A stretch of 64,000 nt of DNA. Source: Pseudomonadota bacterium. GTDB lineage: Bacteria > Bdellovibrionota > FAC87 > UBA2466. How positions within the stretch are numbered: position 1 is the first letter of the stretch; every line of letters begins with the position of its first letter. The position numbers were made by a program, and so were the translations under genes. This document shows positions 18,201 through 26,945 of the stretch, in pieces. The stretch spans positions 1-64,000 of the forward strand of contig JAYSWN010000172.1 in assembly GCA_043718025.1 (NCBI GenBank). Direction: 5' to 3'. The notes beneath the pieces were generated by a model, which had not been told where the DNA came from, did not search any database, and worked only from the letters and a program-made list of their open reading frames with translations.

Positions 18201-21123
18201 GCGTCGTCACCATTTCACGGTAACCGAAAAAAACCGCGGTGGAATGACGGTGCGCTGGTTTAGTTTTTTTGCCAATCGCCTCTATCAGGGTCAAGTCACG
18301 CTACAAGTGCCGTGGCACGATCAAGAGATCAAACTCAGCTGGAAACTTCCGGCGTCTTCAACTCCGGGAAGCTCATTCGTACTGCCACTACAGGCCGAAG
18401 ACAGCCACGGGAAAGCAGTCAACGGCGACGGCCTTTTGCGGGTTACCGACCGGGCGCTTGAGTACTACGCCGCCAATGACCCACTTGGAGCCCAACCTTT
18501 ATTTGGCCCCGAACCGCTACCCGAATCTTTTCACGATAGCCACTTTGCCGCGGCGGGGAGTTGGCTGCCGACGCCCTCCGGGTGGCTCGAGGCCAAACTG
18601 GGAATTTCTCAAAAGTCTCGCGAATTAATCCAACGCCGCGAACCCTCGTTTCCTTTTGAGACAATGCGCGGCCACTACGCTAACTTTGGCGGCGGTTTGG
18701 GAAACGCCGTGCGAGCCATGCGCGGCGGTGCTGAACCTCAGTCGATGGCCGATTCTCGAGAAGCGGCACCGATGGCGATGGCGGCGCCGGCGACCGCGCT
18801 GAAGTCCGGCAAAACAGAGGGAATGAAAGGCGATGAAAAAGAGAGATTTGCCCCCGCGTCTAGATCCGACTTTAGTGAGACCGCGGCTTTTTTTCCAAAC
18901 GTAGAGTTCAAAGATGGCAAGGCTACCCTGACGATAAAGTTTCCGGATAGCTTGACCAGTTGGAAGGCCGAAGCCTTTGTATCCACCGCCGAAGGGCGAT
19001 TGGGTTACGTGACCGGTACCCTTTCTACGCAAAAACCAATTTCGGTCGAACTGTCGTTGACGCGTTTTCTCAGGGAGGGAGATAGCGCCGAATTTCGTGG
19101 TGTGATCTACAACAACACCGCCAAGGCAACGGCGGGTAAAGCTAACTTCCGATTAACGCGCAGGGGTGAAGCGAAATCTCTCATTGAAAAAGAATTTGTG
19201 GTCAATGTTCCGGCTGCGGAACAAAAATCATTTTCGCTACCCATCGATTCCACACTAACGCTTGGCGATTACTCGCTAGTTCTATCTTACCAAGACGGCG
19301 AAATTGGCGACGCCGTGAACAAAGATCTTTCGTTGTTGCCCTCCCGCCAAGTTTTAGTGGCGTCCGACATTGCTCTGATCGAAGGCGACGGCAAGGCGAC
19401 GTTATCCACGATGAAACTAGGAAAAGACTCAATCTTGAAGTCGACCACCTTGGCGATTGAGCCCAATTTGGCGATTTCGGTTTTGGGCGCCCTTCCCACT
19501 CTAGCCAATCCGCCGGCGTTGTGTTTAGACGGCTTACTCAATCGCTACGTACCGCTAGTTGCAGTGAAAAAACTATTCGACGGCCACCCCGAATTAAAAA
19601 AGGCGGCGGAGGCACTGCGTACGAAAACCCCCAATCGGCAGGCCTGGGATTTGGATGACCCGCGCCGACTTATCGCCGCGCAAGAGTCACCTTGGGCTCT
19701 GGAAGCGGAAGGCAAAGCAACCGAGGCGGGGCTCGACCTTTTGGACGCTAAACTGGTCGACCGTTTGGCGGCCTCCACCCGAGAAGGGATTAAACTTTTT
19801 CAACGTGAAGATGGCGCATTTTCTTGGTTTGCCGGTGGACCAAGTGACTTGTACATGACGCTAATTGCCCTATCCCATTTCGTTGAAGCTCGCGACCTGG
19901 GAGTGGCCTTTGATGAGTCGACAGAAAAACGCGCCACCCAATTTCTGATGAAAAATTTGAGCGAACCCGACAAAACAACCGAGCTTCGCTCAACCCTCAA
20001 GCTCTACACCGCGTACCTTGTCGCCGCGTTATCTGAGCATTACGATTGGGCCAAAGCTTACAATCCGGTGATCGGAAAATGGCTCGATGAGGCTGAGAAG
20101 ATGCGGAGTGCGCTGACCCCACTGGGACGCGCCTACGCCGCCAGGGCCCTATTCCATATCGGAAAAGCGGAACGCGCTAACGTTTATTTGAATCGTTTGC
20201 TCAGTGATGCGGTCGACGATCCGATTACCGGCCTCAGTTGGAAACTCGAAGAGTTTTCGTGGCTGTGGTACCACGACTCGCTAGACAAACACCTCTTCGT
20301 GCTTCGCACTTTATTAAAGGTGCGACCTAAAGACCCCAAAATCACTTCCCTAGTGCGCGGCCTTTTCTGGCAAAAAAAAGGCAATAAATGGAAATCGGCG
20401 CGCCACTCCGCCGGCGCTATTTTGGCGATGGTCGACTATCTGAAAAATGCCGGAGCCTTCACCTCTAGCGTCACGGCCGCATGGAACTGGGGAGACGATA
20501 AGGGTAAAAACACTTGGGAGCCACTCGACGAAAATGAAAAATCTTTGGTGCTCACGCAAAAGGATCCAAAAAAAGCATTTCTATCGGCCCAGATAGAAAA
20601 AACTGGCCCGGGGTTTGCGGTGGCAAGCCTAACCACGCTGTTTGAATCATCGAGTGTGGCAGAGGGGCAAGGCAACCTACTTAACTTAAAACGGCAGTTT
20701 TACTTGCGCCAGAAGCGTAACGGACAAAACGTGCTCCTTCCGTTGAAAATCGGTGATGCGGTAAATGTCGGTGACGTGGTTGAAGTGGAAATGACTTTGA
20801 AGTCGCGGAGCCAATTCGAGTACCTCCAGCTTAAGTCACCGCGCGGAGCGGGCTTTGAGCCGGAGGATAAGCTATCCGGATGGAAATGGGACGGAGTCAA
20901 TCGCTACCAGGAGATTCAAGATTCGCTAGACCAGATCTTTATTTCGTGGATGCCGAACGGAACTTTCCGTTTCCGTTTTCCCCTACGCGCTACGATCGGA
21001 GGAAAGTTCCAGTTGCAAAGCGCGGTGGTGCAATCGATGTACTCACCCGACATTTCGTCATTTACGGAATCAGGTGAGCTATTGATTAAACCGGAGCTCA
21101 CCAGCGAAAGAATTGCGAAGTAA
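15271..21123 (+). CDS. Bacterial alpha-2-macroglobulin family protein
   Basis: DRPIFRQGQKVQFK (MG2), FAVEAYRRP, RSDFSETAAF, FPDSLTSW, RFLREGD, FQREDGAFSWF, QSMYSP; ATG 15271 after GGAGG. Confidence 0.9.
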   Translation: MSVLTRLALALCVFFGTFSIAATLKDGDALFEKEQYKEAKAIFEKFLKVGGDHAAHAAYRTVECELYLQRFGEAAQLASQVAIPTSGVWRGRLLFLRTQVYEQYLIQYGWRLNQASAAGNGDITQKTELDWERAIAKDFSLLWKERSQLAAIALTDEIAFLSAKGIDTQKYPNLWSFVVERWVRFLQTRSSSRTKAPFPTTLFNATGDWNPKSPRAQQAAQLFDSVAATNAAARQIWNAEKWLLPLSQPDWFEKAPKSLLPALKLLSEKNEELSDKRAKALMGAAIATGFANEKQFERAVALCKWVEKWDPQSASSQTCIGLRSRCEQPEIALNSPPLLPDVTQAIDITSRNLGTLYLRWLPISWDRLKTQRSASGDSGYYHLKTLELALLKEVAKEKSAYSWKINPQYPSKHEEAKSKVSVPPTKNGFHVLLVSEIPDFDSSKGLVRGALIRVSAMALVGSANPLNFEGLSAAANVKNPLGGFHLYAVDAKTGEGKAGWSISARQRLNWQTNSEVSNITDVNGRAHFADFPATYQSMSLDPLLKKDDTYALLENPLILYKMEADSTRLFLDLDRPIFRQGQKVQFKITAFARAFPGWKWRTMGEVAVTARNASGKEFYKNRVSLSTTGSVTGDFSLPTNGMLGSWTLEASLQEQDKTFQQTKSFAVEAYRRPELELTFEPLKEGKPNAPCRYSKPCEAVGRTVTYAGTALPGRAVNYRIVREPYYAFWDFWWRGPAQGGTEEVAAGTVTTAKDGSFRIPFVPKPFAEGEGAARFTITAETRELGGRTIAATKILLAGHTAFQIRAEATRGFIDITSTPEWNLKLEGLNGEVTSGEVEYHLYSLKLSDPAPADSLEAWLDKQKNAQAVVQGHAKVEGVSTLLKLKKLESGIYRLTLKARDNWGGVVETHRPVVVVNASDEVLGKTLPPSLTLAARKELKVGDNAEILLGSGEGKGVNFVEVWQGRNLIAIQTLPPGVRRHHFTVTEKNRGGMTVRWFSFFANRLYQGQVTLQVPWHDQEIKLSWKLPASSTPGSSFVLPLQAEDSHGKAVNGDGLLRVTDRALEYYAANDPLGAQPLFGPEPLPESFHDSHFAAAGSWLPTPSGWLEAKLGISQKSRELIQRREPSFPFETMRGHYANFGGGLGNAVRAMRGGAEPQSMADSREAAPMAMAAPATALKSGKTEGMKGDEKERFAPASRSDFSETAAFFPNVEFKDGKATLTIKFPDSLTSWKAEAFVSTAEGRLGYVTGTLSTQKPISVELSLTRFLREGDSAEFRGVIYNNTAKATAGKANFRLTRRGEAKSLIEKEFVVNVPAAEQKSFSLPIDSTLTLGDYSLVLSYQDGEIGDAVNKDLSLLPSRQVLVASDIALIEGDGKATLSTMKLGKDSILKSTTLAIEPNLAISVLGALPTLANPPALCLDGLLNRYVPLVAVKKLFDGHPELKKAAEALRTKTPNRQAWDLDDPRRLIAAQESPWALEAEGKATEAGLDLLDAKLVDRLAASTREGIKLFQREDGAFSWFAGGPSDLYMTLIALSHFVEARDLGVAFDESTEKRATQFLMKNLSEPDKTTELRSTLKLYTAYLVAALSEHYDWAKAYNPVIGKWLDEAEKMRSALTPLGRAYAARALFHIGKAERANVYLNRLLSDAVDDPITGLSWKLEEFSWLWYHDSLDKHLFVLRTLLKVRPKDPKITSLVRGLFWQKKGNKWKSARHSAGAILAMVDYLKNAGAFTSSVTAAWNWGDDKGKNTWEPLDENEKSLVLTQKDPKKAFLSAQIEKTGPGFAVASLTTLFESSSVAEGQGNLLNLKRQFYLRQKRNGQNVLLPLKIGDAVNVGDVVEVEMTLKSRSQFEYLQLKSPRGAGFEPEDKLSGWKWDGVNRYQEIQDSLDQIFISWMPNGTFRFRFPLRATIGGKFQLQSAVVQSMYSPDISSFTESGELLIKPELTSERIAK

Positions 21124-21577
21124 GGGCGCCTTCGAGCGACAGCATCGCTTTCATCAACTCTCGACGTTCTTCTTTTTTGTTTTGGGTCAAGCTGCCTTTT
21201 AGTGTTTTGTCGCCGTAGGTAACATTCCACGCATAGATCACCCCGGCCACCTCACGATCGGCCTCTTCGCCTTGCGCTTTCAATGCGCCTTCGGGAAGGA
21301 TCTGAAAAAAGCTCTTTAAGATTTCTTTGGTCTGCTTACTGTAAACGCTAATGGTCTTTATCTCGACACCGTTGCGAAAACGGTGCAGCTCACAATAAAA
21401 TTCCTGCGCGCCTTTCAAATCCGGAGTGCAGCGCAATTTAATTGTCTCTTTGGCGCCGTGTTCGAGCGTGCGCGTCAGTTCGACTTGGGGTACGTCTTTT
21501 TCATCACCGGCCGCGCCGGAGATCGGAAAAAAAACGGCGACGGCGGCCAGCCAAAATAACCAATTGAGGGGTTTCAT
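21098..21577 (-). CDS. Hypothetical secreted protein
   Basis: Signal peptide MKPLNWLFWLAAVAVFFPISGAAG; translationally coupled to the upstream peptidase. Confidence 0.6.
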   Translation of the reverse strand: MKPLNWLFWLAAVAVFFPISGAAGDEKDVPQVELTRTLEHGAKETIKLRCTPDLKGAQEFYCELHRFRNGVEIKTISVYSKQTKEILKSFFQILPEGALKAQGEEADREVAGVIYAWNVTYGDKTLKGSLTQNKKEERRELMKAMLSLEGALTSQFFRW

Positions 21578-22890
21578 AGAGGAGTGCCTTCCGCAAGTTT
21601 CTTCAATTTTCCGGACCCAGTGGGGTGCTGAGCCAGAGCGCAGGAGGAAGGTGGCACCTGACAGCCCAGCACTTCGGCCATTTCGGGGTCCTGCGCCAAC
21701 AGCACGTTGATCCTGAACTTGTCCGAGGGGTGAACGCCGTCGGCCTTAGTTCCGCAAATTGGCCCCATTGAGGCGCGTAAAAATTTAATGGCCTCATTCG
21801 GTGAAGTTCCCTGCAGCCGCTCGGCCATCGCTTTCACCGAACCAATGTCTGCGGCAATTTCACCGCCCATCGCTACCGGGTCGATGCCATTTTGCGAATG
21901 GGCGTAGCAGCTGAGGGTGGCGGCAAATTCGCTGCGGAAGGGACTTTCTCCAACCGTCTGCCCTTTTTGGTTTTTTAAGATGTCGGCCCCAATGTGATGG
22001 GTGCATTCGTGGCCAATGGCGTGAAGTAGGTAGTGTTCAAGTTCCGCCGTCCCTCCCAAGGCGAGGGCGCGAAGCACCAGGCCCGGGCAGATCATAATGT
22101 CTTTTTCACTGGGGCGGGCGTAGGCCGTAGGCTCCATGCCATCGGGTCCGCACATCGTTGCAAACTCTTCGACTTCGTAAGCCCGGTCTAAATTTGGCCT
22201 AGTGCTAAAGGAGACGTCGGCTAGCTTGGCTTCCATTTTTTCTTGCGCCGATGGGGAAACCGGCATTTTGGCGATGGCGCGACCCAACGACGCCTTTGCC
22301 TGATCAAAAATGGCGCCCAACGGCGGTGTCGAGGCGGCAAAATGGGCAAAGTACTTGGCGTATAAATCTTTATAAGTCGGATTCTGAGAATGCCGAACCA
22401 CGTTGCTCAAAAGGCCTGACAGCTTGTTGAATCCGATGCCTTGGCTAGCCGCAAAATTTTTCATGAAGGCCTTGGTCTTGGGACCAACCGTCAGCTCCTC
22501 GTCCTTGGGGGACTGCCCCCCGCAAACGGTGGCGAAAAGATTCTGACAATGAGCGAAACTGCCGGTTAAGGAACTCGGCAGAGAACCCAATACTGCGCGC
22601 GATCCACTAATAATCTCCAAAGCGCGAGATACCGCCGTGGAGGGTAAAACCGCGGGCGCACGATTTCCCACGCCAACTTCCTGGGCGCTGACCGATGAAG
22701 GCACTGAACCCATAGGCGAAAGAGTGCCCTGCGTAATTGGGGCTACCAAAATGTTACTGTGATCCGCGGCTCCGATCCCCGCCAGAATACGATCCTGTCT
22801 CGTACTCCCCGCGTGAACCGATGTAGGAAAAATCCAGAGCGCACCAACGCACAATAGAAAAGACTGCCAACTCACGTATCCACTCCTCAA
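21574..22890 (-). CDS. Secreted zinc metallopeptidase, M13/neprilysin-like catalytic region
   Basis: GHECTHH (HExxH), GEIAADIG (cf. GENIAD), HPSDKFRIN...LGC (cf. HSP..RV...F.C); signal peptide. Confidence 0.7.
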   Translation of the reverse strand: MRSGYVSWQSFLLCVGALWIFPTSVHAGSTRQDRILAGIGAADHSNILVAPITQGTLSPMGSVPSSVSAQEVGVGNRAPAVLPSTAVSRALEIISGSRAVLGSLPSSLTGSFAHCQNLFATVCGGQSPKDEELTVGPKTKAFMKNFAASQGIGFNKLSGLLSNVVRHSQNPTYKDLYAKYFAHFAASTPPLGAIFDQAKASLGRAIAKMPVSPSAQEKMEAKLADVSFSTRPNLDRAYEVEEFATMCGPDGMEPTAYARPSEKDIMICPGLVLRALALGGTAELEHYLLHAIGHECTHHIGADILKNQKGQTVGESPFRSEFAATLSCYAHSQNGIDPVAMGGEIAADIGSVKAMAERLQGTSPNEAIKFLRASMGPICGTKADGVHPSDKFRINVLLAQDPEMAEVLGCQVPPSSCALAQHPTGSGKLKKLAEGTPL

Positions 22891-22927
22891 CGAACGACGT
22901 ACCGATTTGAACTGTGACCCAGGTCAT

Positions 22928-22943
22928 TGCAGAGGACGGGCCA
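22928..22943 (-). promoter_or_regulatory. Candidate sigma54 promoter for the M13-like peptidase operon
   Basis: TGGCCCGTCCTCTGCA (GG-N10-GC) about 40 nt upstream of the GAGGAG RBS. Confidence 0.5.
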
Positions 22944-23130
22944 AAAAAGGGCACCGCGTTTAGGTTCAAAGCTCAGCAAAAGGAGCGCGGCGCGAGCGCA
23001 GAGTGTTGTATTCAATGGCGTGGTGATCAAAACAAATCACCAGAGCTCGAGAAGACAGCCGTAAACACTCTATATCCCAAGTGTTTTGGGGCCAATTGAC
23101 TTCGTGTGCCGAAGGTAGGCATAAGGCTAG

Positions 23131-23913
23131 GTGATGAAAACTTGGTTGGGTTTACTATCAGTCTTACTTCTTACTAACTCTGCGAATGGCATGAACTTAC
23201 TGCCCGAGCTGTACACCGAGCAGGCATTTTTAGCTCGCGAAAGCGTAGTCCAGCAGACCACGCGGGTGCGAGTTTTTGAAACCACGGGCGAACAGTTTCG
23301 GCCGTATTTTAGTGCCGGCAGCGAACTGATGTCGGGTGGCGCTAGCGCCACCACGCTCGATATCGGGGGCTCTTACGGTTACGGCGGCGTCGGTCTGCGT
23401 TTTCGCCGTTCAAACTTTCAGTGGTTTAATGAAGTGCGGGCCCGTGGCTTTTATACCTACAAGCCCAATAGTTTGAACCGCCAAGAGTTGGTGGATGTGC
23501 GTAGCCTGATCGTACTGGCCCACCTGCTTGAGGTCCCCCTCGCTGAGGGCTCTCAATTTTCTTTCCTCCTCGAGCCGTACTTCGAATTACTCTACACCTC
23601 GGCCGATTTCCACAACGTGATCAGCGCCGGTTACGTTCGCACCGGCATGCGCTACCGCTTTAGCCGCAACATTGCTCTAGACATGTTTGCTGAACCCTAC
23701 GCCACGTTTGATCGCGTGCACCATTTTTTTAACAACCGCTCCGACATTAAACCAACCATTCGCCTAACCATTAACTCCGACTCAATCTCGGGCTCGCTCT
23801 TGGTTTCTTACCTGTGGAACCACTACTTTGACGTTGGCAATTTTGAGCCAAATCCCTACGTGAATAAGAATGAGGGGATGAGAATTCTCGCCGTGCTTGG
23901 CGCCGTGTTTTAA
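23131..23913 (+). CDS. Putative outer-membrane beta-barrel protein
   Basis: Signal peptide, aromatic-rich alternating strands, C-terminal Phe; lies directly upstream of wecB. Confidence 0.55.
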   Translation: MMKTWLGLLSVLLLTNSANGMNLLPELYTEQAFLARESVVQQTTRVRVFETTGEQFRPYFSAGSELMSGGASATTLDIGGSYGYGGVGLRFRRSNFQWFNEVRARGFYTYKPNSLNRQELVDVRSLIVLAHLLEVPLAEGSQFSFLLEPYFELLYTSADFHNVISAGYVRTGMRYRFSRNIALDMFAEPYATFDRVHHFFNNRSDIKPTIRLTINSDSISGSLLVSYLWNHYFDVGNFEPNPYVNKNEGMRILAVLGAVF

Positions 23914-23942
23914 TACTTAAGGCTTTCAAACCAACATAAAGG

Positions 23943-25058
23943 ATGTCGCCAATGAAAAAGAAGGCCCTTGTCGTATTCGGAACCCGGCCCGAGGGAATTA
24001 AAATGGCGCCCATCGTAAAGGCGCTACAGAAGTCCGAAAAGCTGGAAGCGGTCACCTGTTCCACCGGACAGCACCGGCAGATGCTGGACCAGGTACTCGA
24101 ATTTTTTCAAATAAAGCCCGACTACGATTTGAATTTAATGGCGGCAAACCAAACCTTAGTGCACATCACAGTTGAGTGTTTACTACGACTGCAAAAGATT
24201 TTTGAGGAGGTTCGTCCGGCGGTGGTGCTCGTTCAGGGTGACACCACTACCACGATGGCAGCGGCTCTGGCCGCTTTCTACGCGCGCATTCCCGTGGGCC
24301 ACGTCGAAGCCGGGTTGCGAACGTGGAGAAAAGACTCGCCGTTTCCTGAAGAGGCCAATCGCCGCATGGTTTCGCCGCTGGCGGATTTTCATTTTGCGCC
24401 CACTCAACCTGCACTTAATAATTTACTTGGTGAAGGGTTGCCGGCCAAGGACTGCTACTTAACGGGTAATACCAGTATCGATGCGCTGCTTTGGGCCGCA
24501 AAGCAAAAGCTGGAATTTCCCGAACTTGAAAAATTGTTTGGTGACCGGAAACTGATTTTGCTCACCGCTCACCGGCGGGAGAGTTTCGGTGAGCCGCTTC
24601 GCCAAGTGTTCACCGCGATCAAAACTTTTTGTCAGCGCCATCCTGAGTACCACGTGCTTTATCCCGTGCATTTAAACCCCAACGTTAAGGGGCCGGCGGA
24701 TGAGATTCTTCAAGGGGTGACCAACATGACTCTGTTACCGCCGGTGGCTTACCGCGAGCTGGTCTTCTTGATGAAACGGTGTGAGTTGGTACTTACTGAT
24801 TCGGGCGGCATTCAAGAAGAGTCACCCACCTTGGGGAAACCAGTATTGGTGCTTCGTGAGACGACCGAACGGCCCGAAGCCGTGACCAGTGGTTGCGCCA
24901 GACTGGTTGGACAAAATCCGTCACTGATTTTAGATAGCTTAGAAGAGTTGGTAAAACCAAATTCGGAACTCTATCGAACGATGTCGCAGGCCAAAAATCC
25001 GTTTGGCGACGGAACCGCCGCCGAAAAGACAATTCGGGCCCTTGAAGATCGATTGTGA
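23943..25058 (+). CDS. wecB: UDP-N-acetylglucosamine 2-epimerase (non-hydrolysing)
   Basis: FGTRPEGIKMAP, TGQHRQM, QGDTTT, HVEAGLRT, HRRES, TDSGGIQEE, RETTERPE, NPFGDG. Confidence 0.95.
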   Translation: MSPMKKKALVVFGTRPEGIKMAPIVKALQKSEKLEAVTCSTGQHRQMLDQVLEFFQIKPDYDLNLMAANQTLVHITVECLLRLQKIFEEVRPAVVLVQGDTTTTMAAALAAFYARIPVGHVEAGLRTWRKDSPFPEEANRRMVSPLADFHFAPTQPALNNLLGEGLPAKDCYLTGNTSIDALLWAAKQKLEFPELEKLFGDRKLILLTAHRRESFGEPLRQVFTAIKTFCQRHPEYHVLYPVHLNPNVKGPADEILQGVTNMTLLPPVAYRELVFLMKRCELVLTDSGGIQEESPTLGKPVLVLRETTERPEAVTSGCARLVGQNPSLILDSLEELVKPNSELYRTMSQAKNPFGDGTAAEKTIRALEDRL

Positions 25059-25119
25059 TTCCCGTCAGTTACTAATTTGTACTTGAGAATAATTTTCAGA
25101 TCCGTACACTGGCCTGCAA

Positions 25120-25377
25120 ATGGAACTTATCGCGCCAGTATTAATCGTGACGGCCGTCGTATTAGCGGCAGTTTGGGCAACCCGTCTTGTTTTGTTTTTG
25201 ATCAAGGCAATGGTCTTTTGTGCGTTCGTATACGCATTTCTGTTGTGGGCTAAGCCAGAATGGGTGCGGGACCTACCGCTGACTCAGAAGAAAGCGCCGC
25301 AAATTGTCACCAGCGTGAATGAATGGATGAAGAGCCAGACGCACAATATCACCAGCCAGAAGCCAAAAAATCACTAA
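25120..25377 (+). CDS. Small membrane protein
   Basis: 85 aa with two hydrophobic segments; fills the gap between wecB and the Crp-like gene. Confidence 0.5.
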   Translation: MELIAPVLIVTAVVLAAVWATRLVLFLIKAMVFCAFVYAFLLWAKPEWVRDLPLTQKKAPQIVTSVNEWMKSQTHNITSQKPKNH

Positions 25378-25388
25378 GCCCTTTTTGA

Positions 25389-26063
25389 TTAGGCCGCTTT
25401 TCTTTCAAATGAACTGATCATGTTAATGATCATAGATCGGTCTTTCAGAACAAAAATTTCTTTTCCCTTAAACTCCAGCGCGCCCAGGGAGGCCAAATGC
25501 GCCAAGACATCGACCAAGCTTTTTCTATCGCTATCGATGTAATGGAAAAGCATGGCGAGAGAAAATTCGTTTGGCGTGGAGAATTGGCTACCTTCATTCT
25601 GTGGGCGAGACCAGTAGGCCAGCACGGCGATCACCCGACGAAGCACATCCGTAGGACGAAGGGCCGAAATCAATTGGTTAGCACTATCCTGACGACGTAA
25701 AAAACCGCCGACCATAAAAAAAACCACTTCCGTCAACAACGCGGGACACTCCCGATTCCAAACCAAGAAGGTTTTTTTACTGATCTCTAACACGGTACAG
25801 CGCGAGACGGCTTCACATCCGAACCGGCGTTGGTATGCACCATCCTGCACCAGCGCCCGTTCGCCAATCACTTCTCCGGCACCCAGGAGAGGCTCATTGT
25901 AAACCCAGTCATCGCCTTCGCCGGTCAGACGCATTTTTCCTTCTAGTAGCAAAAATGCGCTTTCGGCATTTTCGCCCTGTTCAAAAAGCACCTCTCCCTT
26001 TTCGAGCGAGAGCATTGATCGGGCGACTGAGGGCAAGGTTAAAAATGCGTGGAAGTACTTCAT
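25389..26063 (-). CDS. Crp/Fnr-family cyclic-nucleotide-binding protein
   Basis: LEKGEVLFEQGE..ESAFLLLEGK, GEVIGERAL, C-terminal HTH-like region. Confidence 0.75.
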   Translation of the reverse strand: MKYFHAFLTLPSVARSMLSLEKGEVLFEQGENAESAFLLLEGKMRLTGEGDDWVYNEPLLGAGEVIGERALVQDGAYQRRFGCEAVSRCTVLEISKKTFLVWNRECPALLTEVVFFMVGGFLRRQDSANQLISALRPTDVLRRVIAVLAYWSRPQNEGSQFSTPNEFSLAMLFHYIDSDRKSLVDVLAHLASLGALEFKGKEIFVLKDRSMIINMISSFERKAA

Positions 26064-26093
26064 AGCTATCTCTTCGGAAAGAGTGCGAGAACG

Positions 26094-26945
26094 CTAAATG
26101 CCGCGGCGCGCACTCTTTTTAGGTACGGCAAACTCCGCGAAAAGCGGCAGGTGGTCCGAAAGAAAGTGCCAAGGCTTACCAGCTAATCGATTGGCGGAGG
26201 TCAGGCTTAGTTGCCTGAAGTAGATACGGTCGAGGCAGAGAAAGGGAAACTTAGCCGGAAAGGTTTTCGCATGCTTGGCGTAGAACTTGGAAAAGGCCTC
26301 GCTCAAGTTCAAGTTTTTCTCAAGTTTAGTCGTAATGACTTGCCGCCAGTCATTAAAGTCGCCACCCAATATCAACGGTGACTCCGCGGGAACCCTAGCG
26401 CGAATAAATTCGGTTAGCTTTTTCAACTGCGCATGGCGCTCTAACTGCAATAAACCAAAATGAGTGCCGATGATGTGGGCCCCTTTATCGTGGCCCGGCA
26501 ATTCAATCACGGCGTGGAGCAGACCGCGTTTGGGCATGAAACGCAAATTACGCTTGTTTGCGGGCCCCACACTGATATCGACGTGCTCGGAAGTTTGAAT
26601 CGGAAAGCGACTCAAGATGGCATTGCCGTGAAACCCACCGGTGAATACGGCGTTGCGCCCGTATACCGAAAATGGCATCAGTTTATCCATCAACGATTCG
26701 AGCTGAAGTGGGTGCGGCTTTTCGTGTTCCTCTTCGTCGGTACCGGCCACCTCTTGCAAAAGCACTAAATCTGGCTTCAACGACGAGATTGCACTGCGCA
26801 ATTCGGTAAACGAGAGTTTACGACGATCGACGGTCTTACCCTGATGAATATTGTAAGAAAGAATACGGAGCGGCGTAGATTTTGGTTTTATTTCCAATTT
26901 CTTCATCTCTTTTTTCACGAAGGACGAACGGCGTTTTTTGCCCAC
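26094..26945 (-). CDS. Endonuclease/exonuclease/phosphatase family protein (YbhP-like)
   Basis: SYNIHQG, LQEV, HGNAILSRFPI, GDFNDW, LDRIY, LSDHLPL; alternative ATG start at 26906. Confidence 0.85.
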   Translation of the reverse strand: MGKKRRSSFVKKEMKKLEIKPKSTPLRILSYNIHQGKTVDRRKLSFTELRSAISSLKPDLVLLQEVAGTDEEEHEKPHPLQLESLMDKLMPFSVYGRNAVFTGGFHGNAILSRFPIQTSEHVDISVGPANKRNLRFMPKRGLLHAVIELPGHDKGAHIIGTHFGLLQLERHAQLKKLTEFIRARVPAESPLILGGDFNDWRQVITTKLEKNLNLSEAFSKFYAKHAKTFPAKFPFLCLDRIYFRQLSLTSANRLAGKPWHFLSDHLPLFAEFAVPKKSARRGI

